Positions 21,112-34,416 of a stretch of DNA of 64,000 nt are shown piece after piece. Location: positions 992,001-1,056,000 of the forward strand of contig OU015570.1 in the NCBI GenBank assembly GCA_907165135.1, written 5' to 3'. A program made the position numbers and the translations under genes. Each line of letters begins with the position of its first letter. Positions within the stretch are counted from its first letter, which is position 1. Source of the stretch: Oikopleura dioica. Lineage: Eukaryota > Animalia > Chordata. The notes beneath the pieces were generated by a model. It had not been told where the DNA came from and searched no databases. It was given only the letters and a program-made list of their open reading frames with translations.

Positions 21112-21804
21112 CCGTGGTTTACCATTTTAAGAGCGTTTTTTGGATGACAGGCCTCGCTCAAATCGCTCTTATATTGGAAATTTTTCAATCAAGGTAGGAT
21201 GACAGTGGTGTGTTGTTCCCGGTGTCAACCTTGTGTTCTGCAATTACAATAAAAAAAGATCCGATGTTTTCTTTACGATTTCATCGTCGATTATGATCAT
21301 CTGAACATCAAGGAGGAAGATCTAGTGAACAAAGCGAACGAAATCTTCATGAATATGAATCCAGCAATCTTCAAGCGCTCTTGGATCAATACTGGGCTGA
21401 TCAAGGAGGAAGAATTCGAAGGAGCTGTTAAAGATTTTGAGGACTTGGATGTTTTGGAAAGTTTGCTGGAGAAAGAAGACGAGGAAGAGCTGGTCGAGCA
21501 TTTTCTGGCGCTTCAAATCGATAAAACACGAGCCGCGACCCCGATGGAGATTGAAGAGGAACCTCAAGTTCAAGAGATAGAGAGTGCCGACACTGCGAAT
21601 GATTCGACTTCAAAATGGCCAGAAAAACAGTCGAAGATTTCAAAATTTTTAAATAAATGATTCACTGTAAGTCTGAAAATTTTTTGATTATTAATAAAAA
21701 TCTTCGAAAACACTCTTAAACTGGAATTTTGGCAGATGACAACATTTTCAAAATATACGCAAAAACGCTCTTAAAGTGGGCGCTCTTAAAACGGAAAACC
21801 ACGG
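21112..21804 (+). mobile_element. pogo-like non-autonomous element with transposase C-terminal remnant
   Basis: TA|CCGTGGTTT...AAACCACGG|TA; DHLNIKEEDLVNKANEIF...AIFKRSWINTGL resembles the post-DDD helix of pogo. Second copy at 36836-38685. Confidence 0.75.
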
Positions 21805-23539
21805 TAATTTCATCGAGTCCATTTTGTCCATAAGCAGCTATTGTGGTAAGAGGATCGTTTTCCATATGATTGTCAGCATCAACAGGCGGCTGTCGAGCAA
21901 AATCAACCGGAACGTAGTTGATTTGAGAGGTTTCGATGAACTGTATTTCTTTACGAGCCGAGGTGTTTGTTGGTGAGTCTCTCAACAAAGGTGCTTCAAG
22001 AGGTCGTGAATTATGAAGCTGACCTCAGATTTCAGAATTCGTAGATCGGTGATTTCGATATTTTCAAGTCTTTTCCAAACAGATCTTTGTTTTGCCCATT
22101 TCCTTGCATATTCGGAGACAATCGAATTTCTTGTTTCAGAATTCTATCTTTGTGCGGTGAGTATGAGGCTTTTGCAGGAAAAGATGAGGAGACACTTCAG
22201 ATTACTGTCGATCGTGCTGAGATTGAGCGATTTGAGTCAAGATTTGGAACCAATACTTCGATTTACTTCGATACTTCGATTTCTTCGAGAAGCTCTCTTA
22301 TTACTAGAGTTTTCTCACAAATGATTTCTTCCACAATTTGTATTTTTATTCCCATGACAAAATTCAGCGCGAATTGTTGATATCTTCATTTTATGCAGCA
22401 TCTCTGAAGGTGGAAAATATCTGTTTCAAGATTTGTCGGCATTCTTCATTGGGTACAATTTCTTTCAGGATCTAAGCACTTTTCATCTCAATAATTTCCG
22501 GACTTTCTCTTCTTGCAACTTGAAACAATAAGATTTGTGACTCGCGTGGTTGATCCGGAAGCTTCGTATCTTTTTAGTGAGATCATTTTCGGCTTCGGCT
22601 TGTTTCAGTCCGTGCGTTTCCATTTCCACGGTGGGGGATCAGGGATGTGACGACGGGTCCCTTTTGTCCTGGCGCGGGAGATTTACGAGCGTTGCAGCGC
22701 GCCGAGCTGTTTTCCCTGTTTGAACAGCAATTTTCATTGATTAGTATTCTCGATTGCGGAGCAGCGTGAGTTTTTCGAAAACCAAGTGAGCAATTTAGCA
22801 TTTGTGAGCAAACGAGCAGTTTTCTCTTTCCTCTTTTCTTTCCCCCCTTTCAGAAGAAGGACATTCGCATCGTTCCATTCGAGCTGGGAGAATGCGTTAA
22901 GACTATTTTTCGAATACGGTGATTTGGCAACTGCACACATTGCAAACATCTGCGGAATAACGGCGCAAGGTTAAGAATAGCGGTGCAAGTAGAGGGCGCC
23001 AGTAACTTGAATATAATGAGCTTCAAAATCGGCGGTGAGCAGCTTTAAAAGAATATGCTTCGCTGATTGAGAGGACAATTCAATAAGCATTAATATTGTC
23101 CATGAGCAACTTGAGAAGAATCAGCTTATTTGATTAAGAGGACGACTCCATGAGCGTAAAAATCGTCTGTGAGCTTAATTGTTGCTTGATTGTTAGAGTA
23201 GACGATCCCATGAACGTCATAATCGTCTTTGATTATGAATTTAGCAGACGGTCCCATGAGCGAGCAGAAACGTCTTTGAACAATTTGATCTCGATCGTTT
23301 GAGCAGATGAATCTTCGAGCGAGCAGAATCATCCTTGAGTAACTTGATTATGAATTATCTGAATGTGACAAAGCAACTGCACGCATTGCTTCACATCTTT
23401 AGAGGAGTGGACTAAGGTTCAGATAAGCGTTGTCCATCGTGTGCGCAATTGATAAACACATTAGCTGGGTACATTACTGGTACCCACATTCAAGAGAGTG
23501 AGCGAACGGGGGTACCGGTACCCACATGACCACCTACAA

Positions 23540-23614
23540 CCGCGCCCAGCTCGGGCGACTTCCTTCAAGTGCCAACTTGATTCATCGGGAAAATAAAGAC
23601 AGTAAATCCCTATA
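23540..23614. repeat. 75-bp dispersed copy of the segment at 28973-29496 (without its MITE)
   Basis: ccgcgcccagctcgggcgacttccttcaag tgccaacttgattcatcgggaaaataaagacagtaaatccctata is present at both loci. Confidence 0.8.
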
Positions 23615-24519
23615 CTATCTCCCTCCTTTGTCAGAAAAGAGCAGATTTGGGAGGAAGTGTTGTAGGATAAGGCCAGAGCGGCTTTGAACAGGCGAAAATC
23701 GAAACAGAAAAAAATGTATTAGGAGCTGGTTGAAGCCGAGCAATCGGCTCTAGAGTCTAGACGCCAGGTCAATCAAAGTCAGGCCGAATTCGAGACAGAG
23801 CAACGCAGTAAGTGTCCAGTTGGGTTTGATTTGGTCGCAGCGAGGATCAAGTCAGGAGCTGCCCTGATGCAGAAGACGAGGAGTACTTGCTCTATGAATC
23901 ATAGACAATGATAGTGATGTGTCTTTGCTGTCCTGTCGAGAGGAAATTAAATCTAACCTCACGTGAGACACTTTTTCTTTCGACACTCATTAATGGAGTC
24001 TATTATTATCGCCAATTCTGTGCGATTTCCGCTCGATTGATTTCAAAATTTTCTTGGTTCTGGTGACATGTTCTTGGTGGCATGTTATCCTTGCGTGCCA
24101 AAGCAATGTCGGATTATTTTCAACCCTTTCTTTCCCTCTTCTCTGGGGTTTTCTATTTTACGTTGTATGAATTCACGACTTCCCGTTCGTTCAAAGTTAG
24201 TCTCGTGGCGGTCCGAGCTGATTATGTGTTGTGAGGTTTTGCCGTTGATCTAAACGCATTTGTGTTCTTTTATTCGAGTTCTTTTCGCTCGTGAAATTCT
24301 TTTCAAAAACATATTATGGTCAACTCAGCCTTTCGTTGCCAACAATTTTCGTCATAAAATCAAATATAAATTTCGTGGAATCTGTCAATCATTTTAACAT
24401 TACTCCTTGTTACACCGATGGAGTTTGATAAGTTGGACCATGGAAAAGTTGGCGTTTCAAACGCGGCTCAACCAAAGTTCGCATTTTATTTACCGGTTAT
24501 GTCATTTTTCCGTGAAAAT

Positions 24520-24643
24520 CGTCAACTGCCAGTTGATGAGTGTCGGAATCATTGAATGTTCCGCACCTGAATGCTCCAGTCTTTTCCATGTCGACTGTAT
24601 TTTTAATTTCGGGTTCATTTGTCCCATAACCCCTAGGATATAA
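24520..24643 (+). pseudogene. PHD-finger-like fragment
   Basis: CQLMSVGIIECSAPECSSLFHVDCIFNFGFICP shows C..IxC..C..FHxxC..CP spacing. Confidence 0.35.
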
Positions 24644-25813
24644 GCAAACCGTTCTATTTGTTCGGTGACTTGCAGGTTATTCTAGGGTCATTGTCAATCT
24701 TTATCGCGGCTCGCCTGCCAGGTGAGCCTATTGTTTCTCGGCGGGAGCCTGTTGGTAGGCAATATTTGAACTTGGCTGGCCCCTGGAGGCGCAGATTTTG
24801 GGTTTTTACTGTTTATAAGGGTGGTGGCATGGAATGTGAAGGAAATTGAAAAAAAAAACGTGTAAGAAATAACTGGCCAGTTGTCAGTTTGAGTGTTTTT
24901 TTTTTCTTGATAATGAAACTTCACGTTCCGACTTTCACTCAACAACAATTAGCTCTAATGAGCTACAAAGAGCGCTCTAGATATCGTCTACAAGAGATGG
25001 AGGCAGAAAAACGTTCGGTCATCGTGTCCGATAATCATGTGAATTGAGTCTGGGGATATATTTGGGGAGTCATAAATTTGGAAAGTATAAAATCTAAAGG
25101 AAATACTAGCGCGTCGAATTTTGACGTGAAAAATTTTCCATCTCCAGTTTTGCTGGTTAATGGCCTAATAAATAGTGTTGAAAAAGAAATTTGAAATCGA
25201 AAAATGTGCTCTTAAAAGTAGAATTTTTCAAAGTAGTAATTATAATTATTTGAACTTCCTAAAATCCCTCTATTCGGACTGAAGTGAAATATCGTTAAAA
25301 CGGATGCTATCGAACTTTACCTTGATTTACTCGCGGTTTTGGCAAGCAATTCGAGAAGGCGATGTTTCTGAAAAGTTTCTAGACGAGCTTAAATTTAAAA
25401 CCGGCAGGGGCGGCCTCAAGCAACTTGTTGTTGAGTTTTGGAGTAACTTGACAAGTCGGGAATTGACATTCAGAGAGGGAGCTGCTCTCGTCTCGGAGAC
25501 ACGATTTTATTTCAAAAAATTTATCAAGGGGCCATCAGGGATTGCTTGTGGTTCAACACCAGCCGTTCCAAAATATCTTTAGGTCCGAAGCTCATTTAGG
25601 AATAATTTTGTTTTCGAGGGACGGAACGGTTTTACTAATCTTCTAAAGGGGCGATATTTCAATAGTTTCAGTGGGTATTTTTTTTCAGTTGTTATCTTCC
25701 AGGGCGTTCATTCCCTTAACAGATGTCAATACGTTTTCCAATGCGAATACCGTCGGTGCGCTCTTTCCCCAAAGAGATGCATTGGAACTTACCTTTAGTT
25801 GATGCGTTTTCTC

Positions 25814-26344
25814 TCACGAAGGCCTGACCGCCGGTTCTGGCGTGGTTCCTCTGCCTGTCGTGCCGGTAATTTTACGTTTCATTCCGTTTAAGTGAATTTT
25901 ACGTACCTCGGATGCGCATCCTTCCTTTTCTTCGACAATTTGGGGAGTTGCGACAGGCCGAATGTTGCTCCTGTGCGCAATACATTGTCGTCTTGGGTAG
26001 AGATCAGACGCAAGAAGGTAAGTGTAAACGTCTAAACGCTTCGAGACTGTGAGCCACCCTTTCCAGTTTCGAAAGAGCTTTGACTCCCCTGGGGCCCTTT
26101 GGCGTTTCATCAGCACAGTTGTCCCAGGACGAAGAACAGTTTTGTCTTCGGGTCGCACGTCCCGCGTCTCCTCCGCTGTCTGGGCTGTCTGAAGGGACAG
26201 CGCGCGAATCATCGCCCGACCTGCCTTGGCTTGAGCATCGCTTCTGACTTCGAATATTCCAGTGGACAACCTGGCCGGTATAGTCCTAGGAACTTTTTCC
26301 AAGGCAAGTGGGAGAGGTATGGTAAATCGGTTTGCAGCTTTCAA
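25814..26344 (-). pseudogene. Gypsy integrase C-terminal (GPY/F-type) fragment
   Basis: LRPGTTVLMKRQ...SKLFRNWKGWLTVSKRLDVYTY...HRSNIRP. Confidence 0.6.
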
Positions 26345-26620
26345 CTCACTGCGGTTGTTTAGCCATACAGAGACGCCCAGGGGATCGGAAGCTGTGGAGA
26401 CAGTAAAGGTTAGCTGCTCCCGTAACGCTCGGTCCTCCGTCTGGTCGACTGGTGCCTGGACTTCTTATATTGTCCAGTCCATTACTCGTTCAGCTTTCTT
26501 TACTTCGAATAGTCTGGTTGTTTTCTTACGGAGGAGCCTAATGCTTTTTCCGTCGATTTGTATCTTGCTCTGTGAGATTTTGATCGTTCTGTTCGTCAAT
26601 TCTGGCAGCCCGATGATAAT

Positions 26621-27835
26621 AACATGGGCGACCCTTTGTTACTCGATAAAACGCTGGCGCTTTTTAACTAGTTACTCAATAAAACTGTGGCGGGCGGCCC
26701 TCTGTTAATCGGTAAAACGATGGCGCGGCGAAAAAATTTAATCGATAAAACGATGGCACGCTTGTAAATCGAGGCGCGGGGCTCTCTGGCGTGACGTCAT
26801 CGGAGGAATCTCTTGCTGGAAGATAGATAAGTTGAAGACATGCTCTTTGAACACACGAAAATGCTCCTAGCCCAGGCTGGGGACATGAAGCTCTATGGAT
26901 AGGCTATTGGGCTGATTGATTTTCTTGGCAATTGATTCTTGACTTCAAATCTTAAGGTAAAATGAGTAAAAGTGACTTCGTAACATATTGGTTAAAAGTA
27001 AGTAAGTAGTAATAACCTACAAGCATCACTTTCACTTTATTAAAATAGAATTGGCTAAGTAAACCGGTTTAACATCAATTTCGACGCTTTTATCTGAATT
27101 TCTTATGAAGTTCCTGAATATAAAACGCTACGATCTGTTTAAAATACAAAAATTAACATTACATTAAAATAATGTAATTATGTTTTTGGCGTTTTTTCTT
27201 ATAAATTACTTTGTGAATCTAGACTATTGAAGCCTGTTTCCTGACCTTATTACACAGAAATCTGTCTCAACTCAGGCCCTGAGCAGGAAAAACAGGCATG
27301 TCTTTAGTCAGGGACAGGGACAGAAACAGGGTTTCGAGATTTTAATCCCAATTTTTGACAGCTACACAGGACAGGGCCAAAAAACCGGAAACAGGTCCTG
27401 TCTAAGGATTTTAGACAGGTCAGGATGCCGAGCCCAGCACAGCTCAGTTTGCCGAGCTAAGAGCTCACGTCAGTGATTTCTGAAATTTCCTGCTCAGCTC
27501 AGCTCAATTCAATGATTTTCTGAGAGAACCATTTCAGCTCCCATGTGAGAAAATGTAACAATAAACCCTTGTAAATGTGGGTCTTCTAACATATTCGCCT
27601 AGTTGAGTGGTTAGTGATATCCCTTAGTTGGTGGCGGGCGCGGGCTCGATTCCCCTTTTCCATTATTTTTTCAGCAAGAGTCCTCCGATGACGTCATGCA
27701 AGAGAGCCCCGCGCCTCGATTAACAAGGGTGCCATCGTTTTACCGATTATATTTTTTGTGCTGCGCCATCGTTTTATTGAGTAACTAACTCAAAAGCGCC
27801 AGCGTTTTATCGAGTAACAAAGGGTCGCCCATGTT
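26621..27835. mobile_element. Non-autonomous element with ~200-bp TIRs
   Basis: aacatgggcgaccctttgttactcg ... cgagtaacaaagggtcgcccatgtt; flanks TA (or TAA/TTA), TSD ambiguous. Confidence 0.7.
27597..27655 (+). pseudogene. Degenerate tRNA-like / SINE-head sequence
   Basis: A-box-like TAGTTGAGTGG and B-box-like GGCTCGATTCC at tRNA spacing; the cloverleaf cannot be completed. Confidence 0.3.
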
Positions 27836-28189
27836 AAGTGTTTTAACGTTCCTGACTACGGCGAATTTAACTTTCCCAAAATCGATTTTTGTTCGTTTTC
27901 GTGTCCGAGTTTGAAAGAGAGTTCGATTTCTCCCAGGACCTCCAGCTCTTCTCCGCCTGCTCCTTGCAAATTCGCTGTCTGTTTCAGGAGTTGACGTTTT
28001 TCGAAAATGCTGGAAATTTTTGGAAAAGTGCTTCGCTCAGGACGCTAATGCAAGCACCCGTGTTGATAAAGCCGGGGTTTTGATATTCTTATTTCAGTCG
28101 TTCAATATTTTCCAGTTCTTGTCACGGAATAACACATGTTTGCATTTCGCTTCATTTTCGGCGGAGATTTTCTTTTTAACGTATAGCTG

Positions 28190-28810
28190 TAGTTAATTGT
28201 TGTTTGTATGGTTTGAGTGTCAGTTTCAAAGACTTAACTCTCGCACTAATATCGACATAATAATGCTCTTGCTCAGCATTTGGCTGGTCGTTGGGTGATC
28301 ACGACAATGCGGACTAGTTGGTTTCCGTGCCAGTCTTGCTTATGCCGGTCATTTCTTTCGATTTTGTTTTTAATCGGGTACCTATTGTGCTCACCTGTAA
28401 GCGTCGTTTGTGCGCAGCAGTTTATTGCAGGGCTGGATAATTTGAAATCAACACAAATCTCAACACCCATATTTCGGAAATTCAGCCATCCTGATTGGTC
28501 AATAGGGCCGTTTTGGGGTGTTGAGATTTGTGTTGATTTCAAATTATCCAGCCCTGGTTTATAGAGTCGCTGTTGTTGTTTGTATAGTTTGAGTGTCAGT
28601 TTCAAAGACTTAACTCTCGCACCAATATCGGCATAATAATGCGCTTGCTCAGCATTTGGCTGGTCGTTAGGTGATCACGACAATGCGGACTAGTTGGTTT
28701 CCGTGCCAGTCTTGCTTGTGCTGGTCGTTTCTTTCGATTTTTAATCGGGCACCTATTGTGCTTACCTGTCTGCGTCGTTTATGCGCAGCAGTTTTTAGAG
28801 TCGCTGTTCT
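28190..28810. repeat. Tandem duplication of ~240 bp next to the Penelope 3' end
   Basis: 28197-28425 vs 28573-28795, roughly 90% identical by eye. Confidence 0.8.
28428..28556. mobile_element. hAT-type MITE (129 bp)
   Basis: CAGGGCTGGATAATTTG...CAAATTATCCAGCCCTG; 8-bp TSD gtttattg/gtttatag (1 mismatch). Confidence 0.75.
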
Positions 28811-29000
28811 TAAACACTTCTGACACCATTGCAGAGGTTTACTCTCTATATAATAAACTATCAAACTTTCATAGTATTGTAATTTATTTGGTCAGTGGCT
28901 AATTTGGAAAATTGCTGCTCGTGGACTAGTGACAGCCGGTTATATAGTGAGCTCAAGTGCTCTTGAGAAGCGCCGCGCCCAGCTCGGGCGACTTCCTTCA

Positions 29001-29446
29001 AGGGGTGACGGCGGGAGTGAGTCTTTGTAAAGACTGAGTCTTTTTGTAAAGACTCATTCCCGCCGTCACCGCGCGGTAACGGCGGGAGTGAGTCTTTGTT
29101 CTAGAAACTTTTTCAACTTGAAAATATAGTCGAAGCGGTAAACGTATAACCTGTTTTATCAATGAATTTCCTCTAAGACAAGCGCGGAGCGCACAGACGG
29201 TCAGAAAATGGTTTGAAATGTCATTTTCACTGACTTTTAGGTTATTCCTTCATGTTCAATAAGAAACTGATGAAAAGAAATGATTCAGAAGAAATAACAA
29301 ATTTTTTTCTAGAGACGTAAACAATTGTTCGAAAAAGACTCAGTCTTTTATTTTTCTAAAAAAAAGACTCACTGCCCGAAGAAAAAGACTGAGTCTTTGC
29401 GCGAAGACTCAGTCTTTACAAAGACTCACTCCAGCCGTCAACCCCT
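29001..29446. mobile_element. Harbinger-like MITE
   Basis: AGGGGTGACGG...CCGTCAACCCCT. Comparison with the empty site at 23560-23575 gives a 3-bp TSD TCA (or 5-bp TTCAA if the ends are GGGG/CCCC). Confidence 0.6.
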
Positions 29447-29496
29447 TCAAGTGCCAACTTGATTCATCGGGAAAATAAAGACAGTAAATCCCTATA

Positions 29497-30762
29497 CAGT
29501 GAAACCCCAACTTAAGGCCAAGCAACTTAAGGCCACTTTTTTGAAAAAACCCAAAAATATGTCATCCGAAAAAAATCCAACTTAAGGGATCCTCCCCCGG
29601 AATCGGCAACTTTCACTTGAAATAACTTTCGTTTGGCCTTATGGATTAATATAATTCGAATTGCATATAGAAGTTTAAATGTTGATTGCAATTCGCAAGT
29701 AGCTCATTTGGAATTGTCAAACATGCACTCAGGGGCTCTTGAAAAATTCGAATTTTCGAAAAACGCCTTTAAGGGGTATTTTCAACGCGAAATAACTTTT
29801 TATTGGGCTTTTGCTTTGCTCTCAAGCCTTCAAGATCAGAAAAAATGGACGCTAATCTAAATTTGCAAGTAGCTTCAGCATGATTCATCAAGTTATAAAA
29901 ATTTTTTCCCATTAAAAACTTTTCAAGCCCATTTATGCTAATTTTTGGCATCGAATTGCTCTCTAGCGGCAAATAACGGCCGAGAAATTTTGTGCGGTCA
30001 TTATATTCTTAATCTGTAGATTCTGAGCTTTCTATAGACCCCTTATTTGTCTATTTTCGATGACATTGAAAAGTCGAAAAAATTACGATTTTCACGCTAA
30101 GTACAATTTACATGCATTTTTGCAATTTTCGAAGGCCAAAATTTTGGGTTAAGATATTTGTTAGGGGTACTATAATACATAAAAATGATCCTCAGATAAC
30201 GAGGAATCTAAATATGCGACAAAATGACCCGTTATTAAGATTTGAAATTCCGGGGGAGGACCCCTTAAGGCCACTTTTTTTCCATTTTTATTCACAGTAA
30301 GTAAATCGCAGGAAAACAGGCGAGAAATGGGGAAGATAAGATATTTTTCGTAAAAAATTTCTTGGAATTTCTTTCAAATATGTTATAAAGAAACTTTTAT
30401 AATTGAAACTGTCTGTTGGCATGATAATAACGAGAAAAATATTTTAAATTTTGATTCATCAAGGAAAAATTAAAACCGTGAAATTTGAGTTTACAGGCCT
30501 GCAAAGCGGCTTTGCCAAAGCCTGTGAAACCCGTAAAACAGGATCTGTTCCTGTGTTTTTTATCCTGTCCTGTTTCCTGTTTCGAAAATGGGCCAAAAAA
30601 TAAAATGTTCCTGTGTACAGGATTCCGAGGCCAGATTCAGTCCCTTGCTCCAGAAATAGAAAATTTTAGCGTCATCCAACTTAGTTGGAGAATCACCCAA
30701 CTTAAGGCCACTTTTCAAATTAGCTGTCATCCAAAAAGTGGCCTTAAGTTTGGGTTTCACTG
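29497..30762. mobile_element. Tc1/pogo-type non-autonomous element inserted in the Penelope endonuclease region
   Basis: TA|CAGTGAAACCC...GGGTTTCACTG|TA with ACTTAAGGCC sub-terminal repeats; related to 39134-40467. Confidence 0.75.
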
Positions 30763-32120
30763 TATATTTAAATCGCGATTCTGGATTATTTTGCGTATAT
30801 TTCTCATTAAATCCTGTCTTAAAATCATCGCAATCCTTTGTGTGAGAAAATATAGCTGTATCTTTGGAAGGTTGACGATGATCTCGGATTCTCATGCTCT
30901 GGGATTCCGACTCTCCAATATACTCTCGGCCGCACCAACATTTAAATGAGTACACCACATTTATGGCCTTCTCAAATTCCGTCTTCGGCAGTAGACTGGA
31001 GATAATCGTATAACGCATCGTTACAGTTCTTCATGCCGTATGTTAGTTGAACTGGGGCAAAAAGACGGATATAACCCTACGCAGTTCACTTGTAATTCTC
31101 GAAACCCTTTGACTAGTGAATGGGATGCAAAGTGTAGAGTTCCCTTCGGGGAATTCACTTTTTTCAAGCTTGCAGTCTTTTTTGTCCGTTTTGCCCTCTT
31201 TCACTACTCTGACTACATCACGAATAATTTCTAGGGGATATTCTTGGGCGAGATATTTCTGTTCTATCTCTCCGAACTCATCGTCTAGAGTTTTTTGACA
31301 AGAGTTTTTGTAAATTGATCTTTTAAATTCTGATAAAAGAATTCCCTTTTTCAAAGACACCGGAGCAGTATCTTTTACGAAATTAATGGGAACTGTGTGT
31401 TTACGATTACTGCGAATTTGAAGGATATTTAATTCTGACGGATAAATTATATAATCAAGAAATTCAATACTACATGTATTTGGGGAAGATCTTTCAACTG
31501 TTACTTTCAGACTTTCGTGTAGATTTTGAAAAATATTGTTGACTTCTTCGAGACAACCACGTTTTAAAACCCAATTGTATCATCGAGAAAGCGTTTATAA
31601 CAAAAAATTACTTTTCGATCAATTAAATCTTTAATTTTATCTTTTTCAAGAACATTTAGATAAAAATTTGCCAGCTTCGGGCTAATACAGTATTAGCTAC
31701 TGTCACCCATACTGAGTCCAGAAATTTGCTTAAAATATTTATCAAAACAATAAAATGAGGTGAGTCGCGTTAGAACAGAATTCAAAATTGGCCGAAGAAT
31801 ACTTTTTGGAATTGGTTTTAGTAATTTGTTTTTATCATCTCGATATCTAGGCAAAATTTTTGCTGGTGAATTTTCTTCATAAATATACTTTATCAATAAT
31901 TCAATCAGATGCATAGTGCTGATTGAAGGATGCATTTTTGCAAATTGAAACTAGCATAATCAATTTCCTTGTGATCAAAATTTTTGCTAATGAACCAATC
32001 ACTAAATTCTTTTGATCCCTTGAGAGTGTAATCACACTTCAAGTGATCAAGGAATTTTCCCAAAAATTTTTTGAAAATTTTCGCTAACCGTATTCCTTGC
32101 CGAAACGATAGGCCTCATAT
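30763..32120 (-). pseudogene. Penelope-like retroelement ORF (RT + GIY-YIG endonuclease), 5'-truncated and frameshifted
   Basis: MRPIVS; YFKQISGLSMGDS; YKRFLDDT; SIEFLD; VVYSFKCWCGREYIGES...RIRDH...AIFSH. Confidence 0.85.
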
Positions 32121-32282
32121 TAAAATCCTATTCAAACGATGACTTATGAGTTTAAGCTAAGCCATAAGCGATTTATACTAGAAACAGGTTTATTAAAATT
32201 GAAAAATTTTTGTCAACATATTTTTCCAGTGTTCTTAAATTTTTTGCATTTCAAGAACATCATCTTCTACTGGATCTTTCGG

Positions 32283-32996
32283 TAACATACCCCCTAAATT
32301 TCCGCGCAATTCGTGGTATTTCGCCAAAGTTTACGTTTCCTAACTTTTCCGAAGCCCCGAAATTTACGCTTCCTCGCGTTTCCCTGCGTTTCCAAATTTC
32401 TTCCAAATAACGGGCGCGTTATTCAATCATAGCGCCAAATTAAACCAAGGGATTTCAGTCTTTTCATGTACTTGAGGCGCTAGAATTGGAAATTTTTCGT
32501 GGCTTGGACACATAAAAATCGTACCATTCGAGTAACTTAAAATATTTAGTTCAGGATTTTGCTCCGCAGAAGTCGTTTTCATCTATCGCACTAGCATAAC
32601 GTTCTATCAAATATTTATAAACTTCACTGTAACAATAAACAATAATATTATCAAAGCTAACATAAGATAGGGCTGCCCTATAAGTAGGGTGGGGATACAA
32701 AAAATGGCCTCTACGACGTTTGCTGAGAAAGTTCATTTTTGTGTCCCCTCCCTACCTATAAGTGAATCTGGCTATTTATAAAAGATCATCCTTTCTTTGC
32801 CCGGAGAGAGCAAAACAAGACTTTTGCGCACTCAGAAAGTTAACCGACGAATCTAATCAGCGCCGCGAGCGTAAATTTGGGCGCACGCGGAAAAGTTAAG
32901 CGGCGTAAATTTGGGGGGGTTTTGAACAACTCAGGAAGAGTAAATTACGGAAAATGCACCGAGAAATGCGCGAAAGCTTGGGGGTGGGGTATGTTA
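32283..32996. mobile_element. TIR-bounded non-autonomous element
   Basis: taacatacccc ... ggggtatgtta with AAATTTACGC-like sub-terminal repeats. Confidence 0.45.
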
Positions 32997-33095
32997 TCTA
33001 AAGAGCACTCATTTATTGGATTGTGTCGACTTTGAAAAGTCTAAAATTCACGAATTTTTTCTAAGTTAAATTTTTTACAGTTATTTTCCTCTTTT

Positions 33096-33385
33096 CGTGG
33101 TATGGGGTGATGCTTCGGCAATACCGAAGAATTGATGCTTTCACTAACACTGATTCTTCGGCTAATTGAGAATTGCCTTGAACCGAAGGATTTATGATAA
33201 AATTGACAGTGATTCTTCGGCAAATTTTCTAGAATCCATTATCAAAATTCTTTTGATAAATCTTTGATTCTTACGAATGAGTCATTACTTAAAAAGACAT
33301 TTTCTAGAGAAAACTTATTTTAGCAATAAGTATTTTCTATAATTTGAGGCTAGTGTTAGGGGCACTGGGGAAATGACAGAACAAA
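33096..33385 (-). mobile_element. MITE family A, truncated inverted copy
   Basis: Reverse complement of the right half of 16983-17553. Confidence 0.75.
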
Positions 33386-34101
33386 CTACCCCTATTTTGT
33401 GGAGATTTTTGCTCCATTTTTTCATAAAAATGTCCGCAAAAATGGGCAAAAGTCTTCAAAAAATGTCCCGCTGTAAAAAGAGCCTAGAGCCTTAAAATTT
33501 TTCTTCGATAAATTTATCTTTGAAAAATGGAAAATTTCATCATCAAATCTCAAATCTTTTTTCTGCCTTTTTACCATTTTTAGTCAATCACACGGTTTAG
33601 GCCATTAATTTTTTATAAAAACATCCATATTTAATTAACAAATCCTTATTATTTGACAAATGTCCACAAAAGTGGAACATTATCCTTGCAAATATGTAGA
33701 AAAATGAAGAATGTAGAAAATGAAGAAAAAATCCACAAAATTTGAGTCCACAAAAGAGGAAAAAAACTGTGTCAAAATAAACCATTTTTAAAGCTTTCTC
33801 ACGGCTTATCACCCTTGACATAATATATGTATATGAAAATGATCGTCAATCTATGGAGAATTTAAAAATATATTACACGGAAGCTCTCGATGAAATTTTC
33901 CGAATCGCCGAATCCGGAGAGGGGATCCCTTAAGGGTTAAACATGAAATCGGCGCGCGGCGCCTCGCTCGCCCAGCGCCCCGCCGTGCCCTACTTTTCAG
34001 AATGCCCTAAAATCGGAACGGATAAAGCTTTTTCAAAAGTTTCTTCGGATTTCAGATCATCAAAGCCTTTTCTTTTCACAGATCAAAAATGAGCAGAATC
34101 G

Positions 34102-34395
34102 TTAGGGCTTCCGTATAAAAACAAAATTTTAACTGGGCTGACCGAATTGTTTGAAATTCGGGGAGGGAATGTATTTTTTAGTGGAGAAAAATATCAAAAA
34201 ATAAAAAAAATCGACAAGTGACAACGCACAAATGAAAAATCACCATTTTTATTTATATAATTTTGATATATAACATTATTTTTTTTTATTTCTTTTGCCC
34301 CTGAAAACCTTTTCTTATATTGATTTATCCCTCCCATAATTATTTAAGGAAACAATGAACGGAATCAGAAACACTTTTTTATACGGAAGCCCTAA
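34102..34395. mobile_element. MITE
   Basis: ttagggcttccgtataaaaa / tttttatacggaagccctaa. Confidence 0.55.
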
Positions 34396-34416
34396 GAATC
34401 GTCAAAGAATAAGTCG

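Larger units (their letters stand above)
20710..23470 (-). mobile_element. 3' fragment of an LTR element related to 8542-14923
   Basis: 23281-23470 aligns with 10140-10390; the fragment ends in a PPT and LTR; it is interrupted by a pogo-like element. Confidence 0.6.

Noticed and set aside
27597-27655. Functional tRNA gene
   Set aside because: Acceptor and anticodon stems cannot be formed; kept only as a low-confidence pseudogene.
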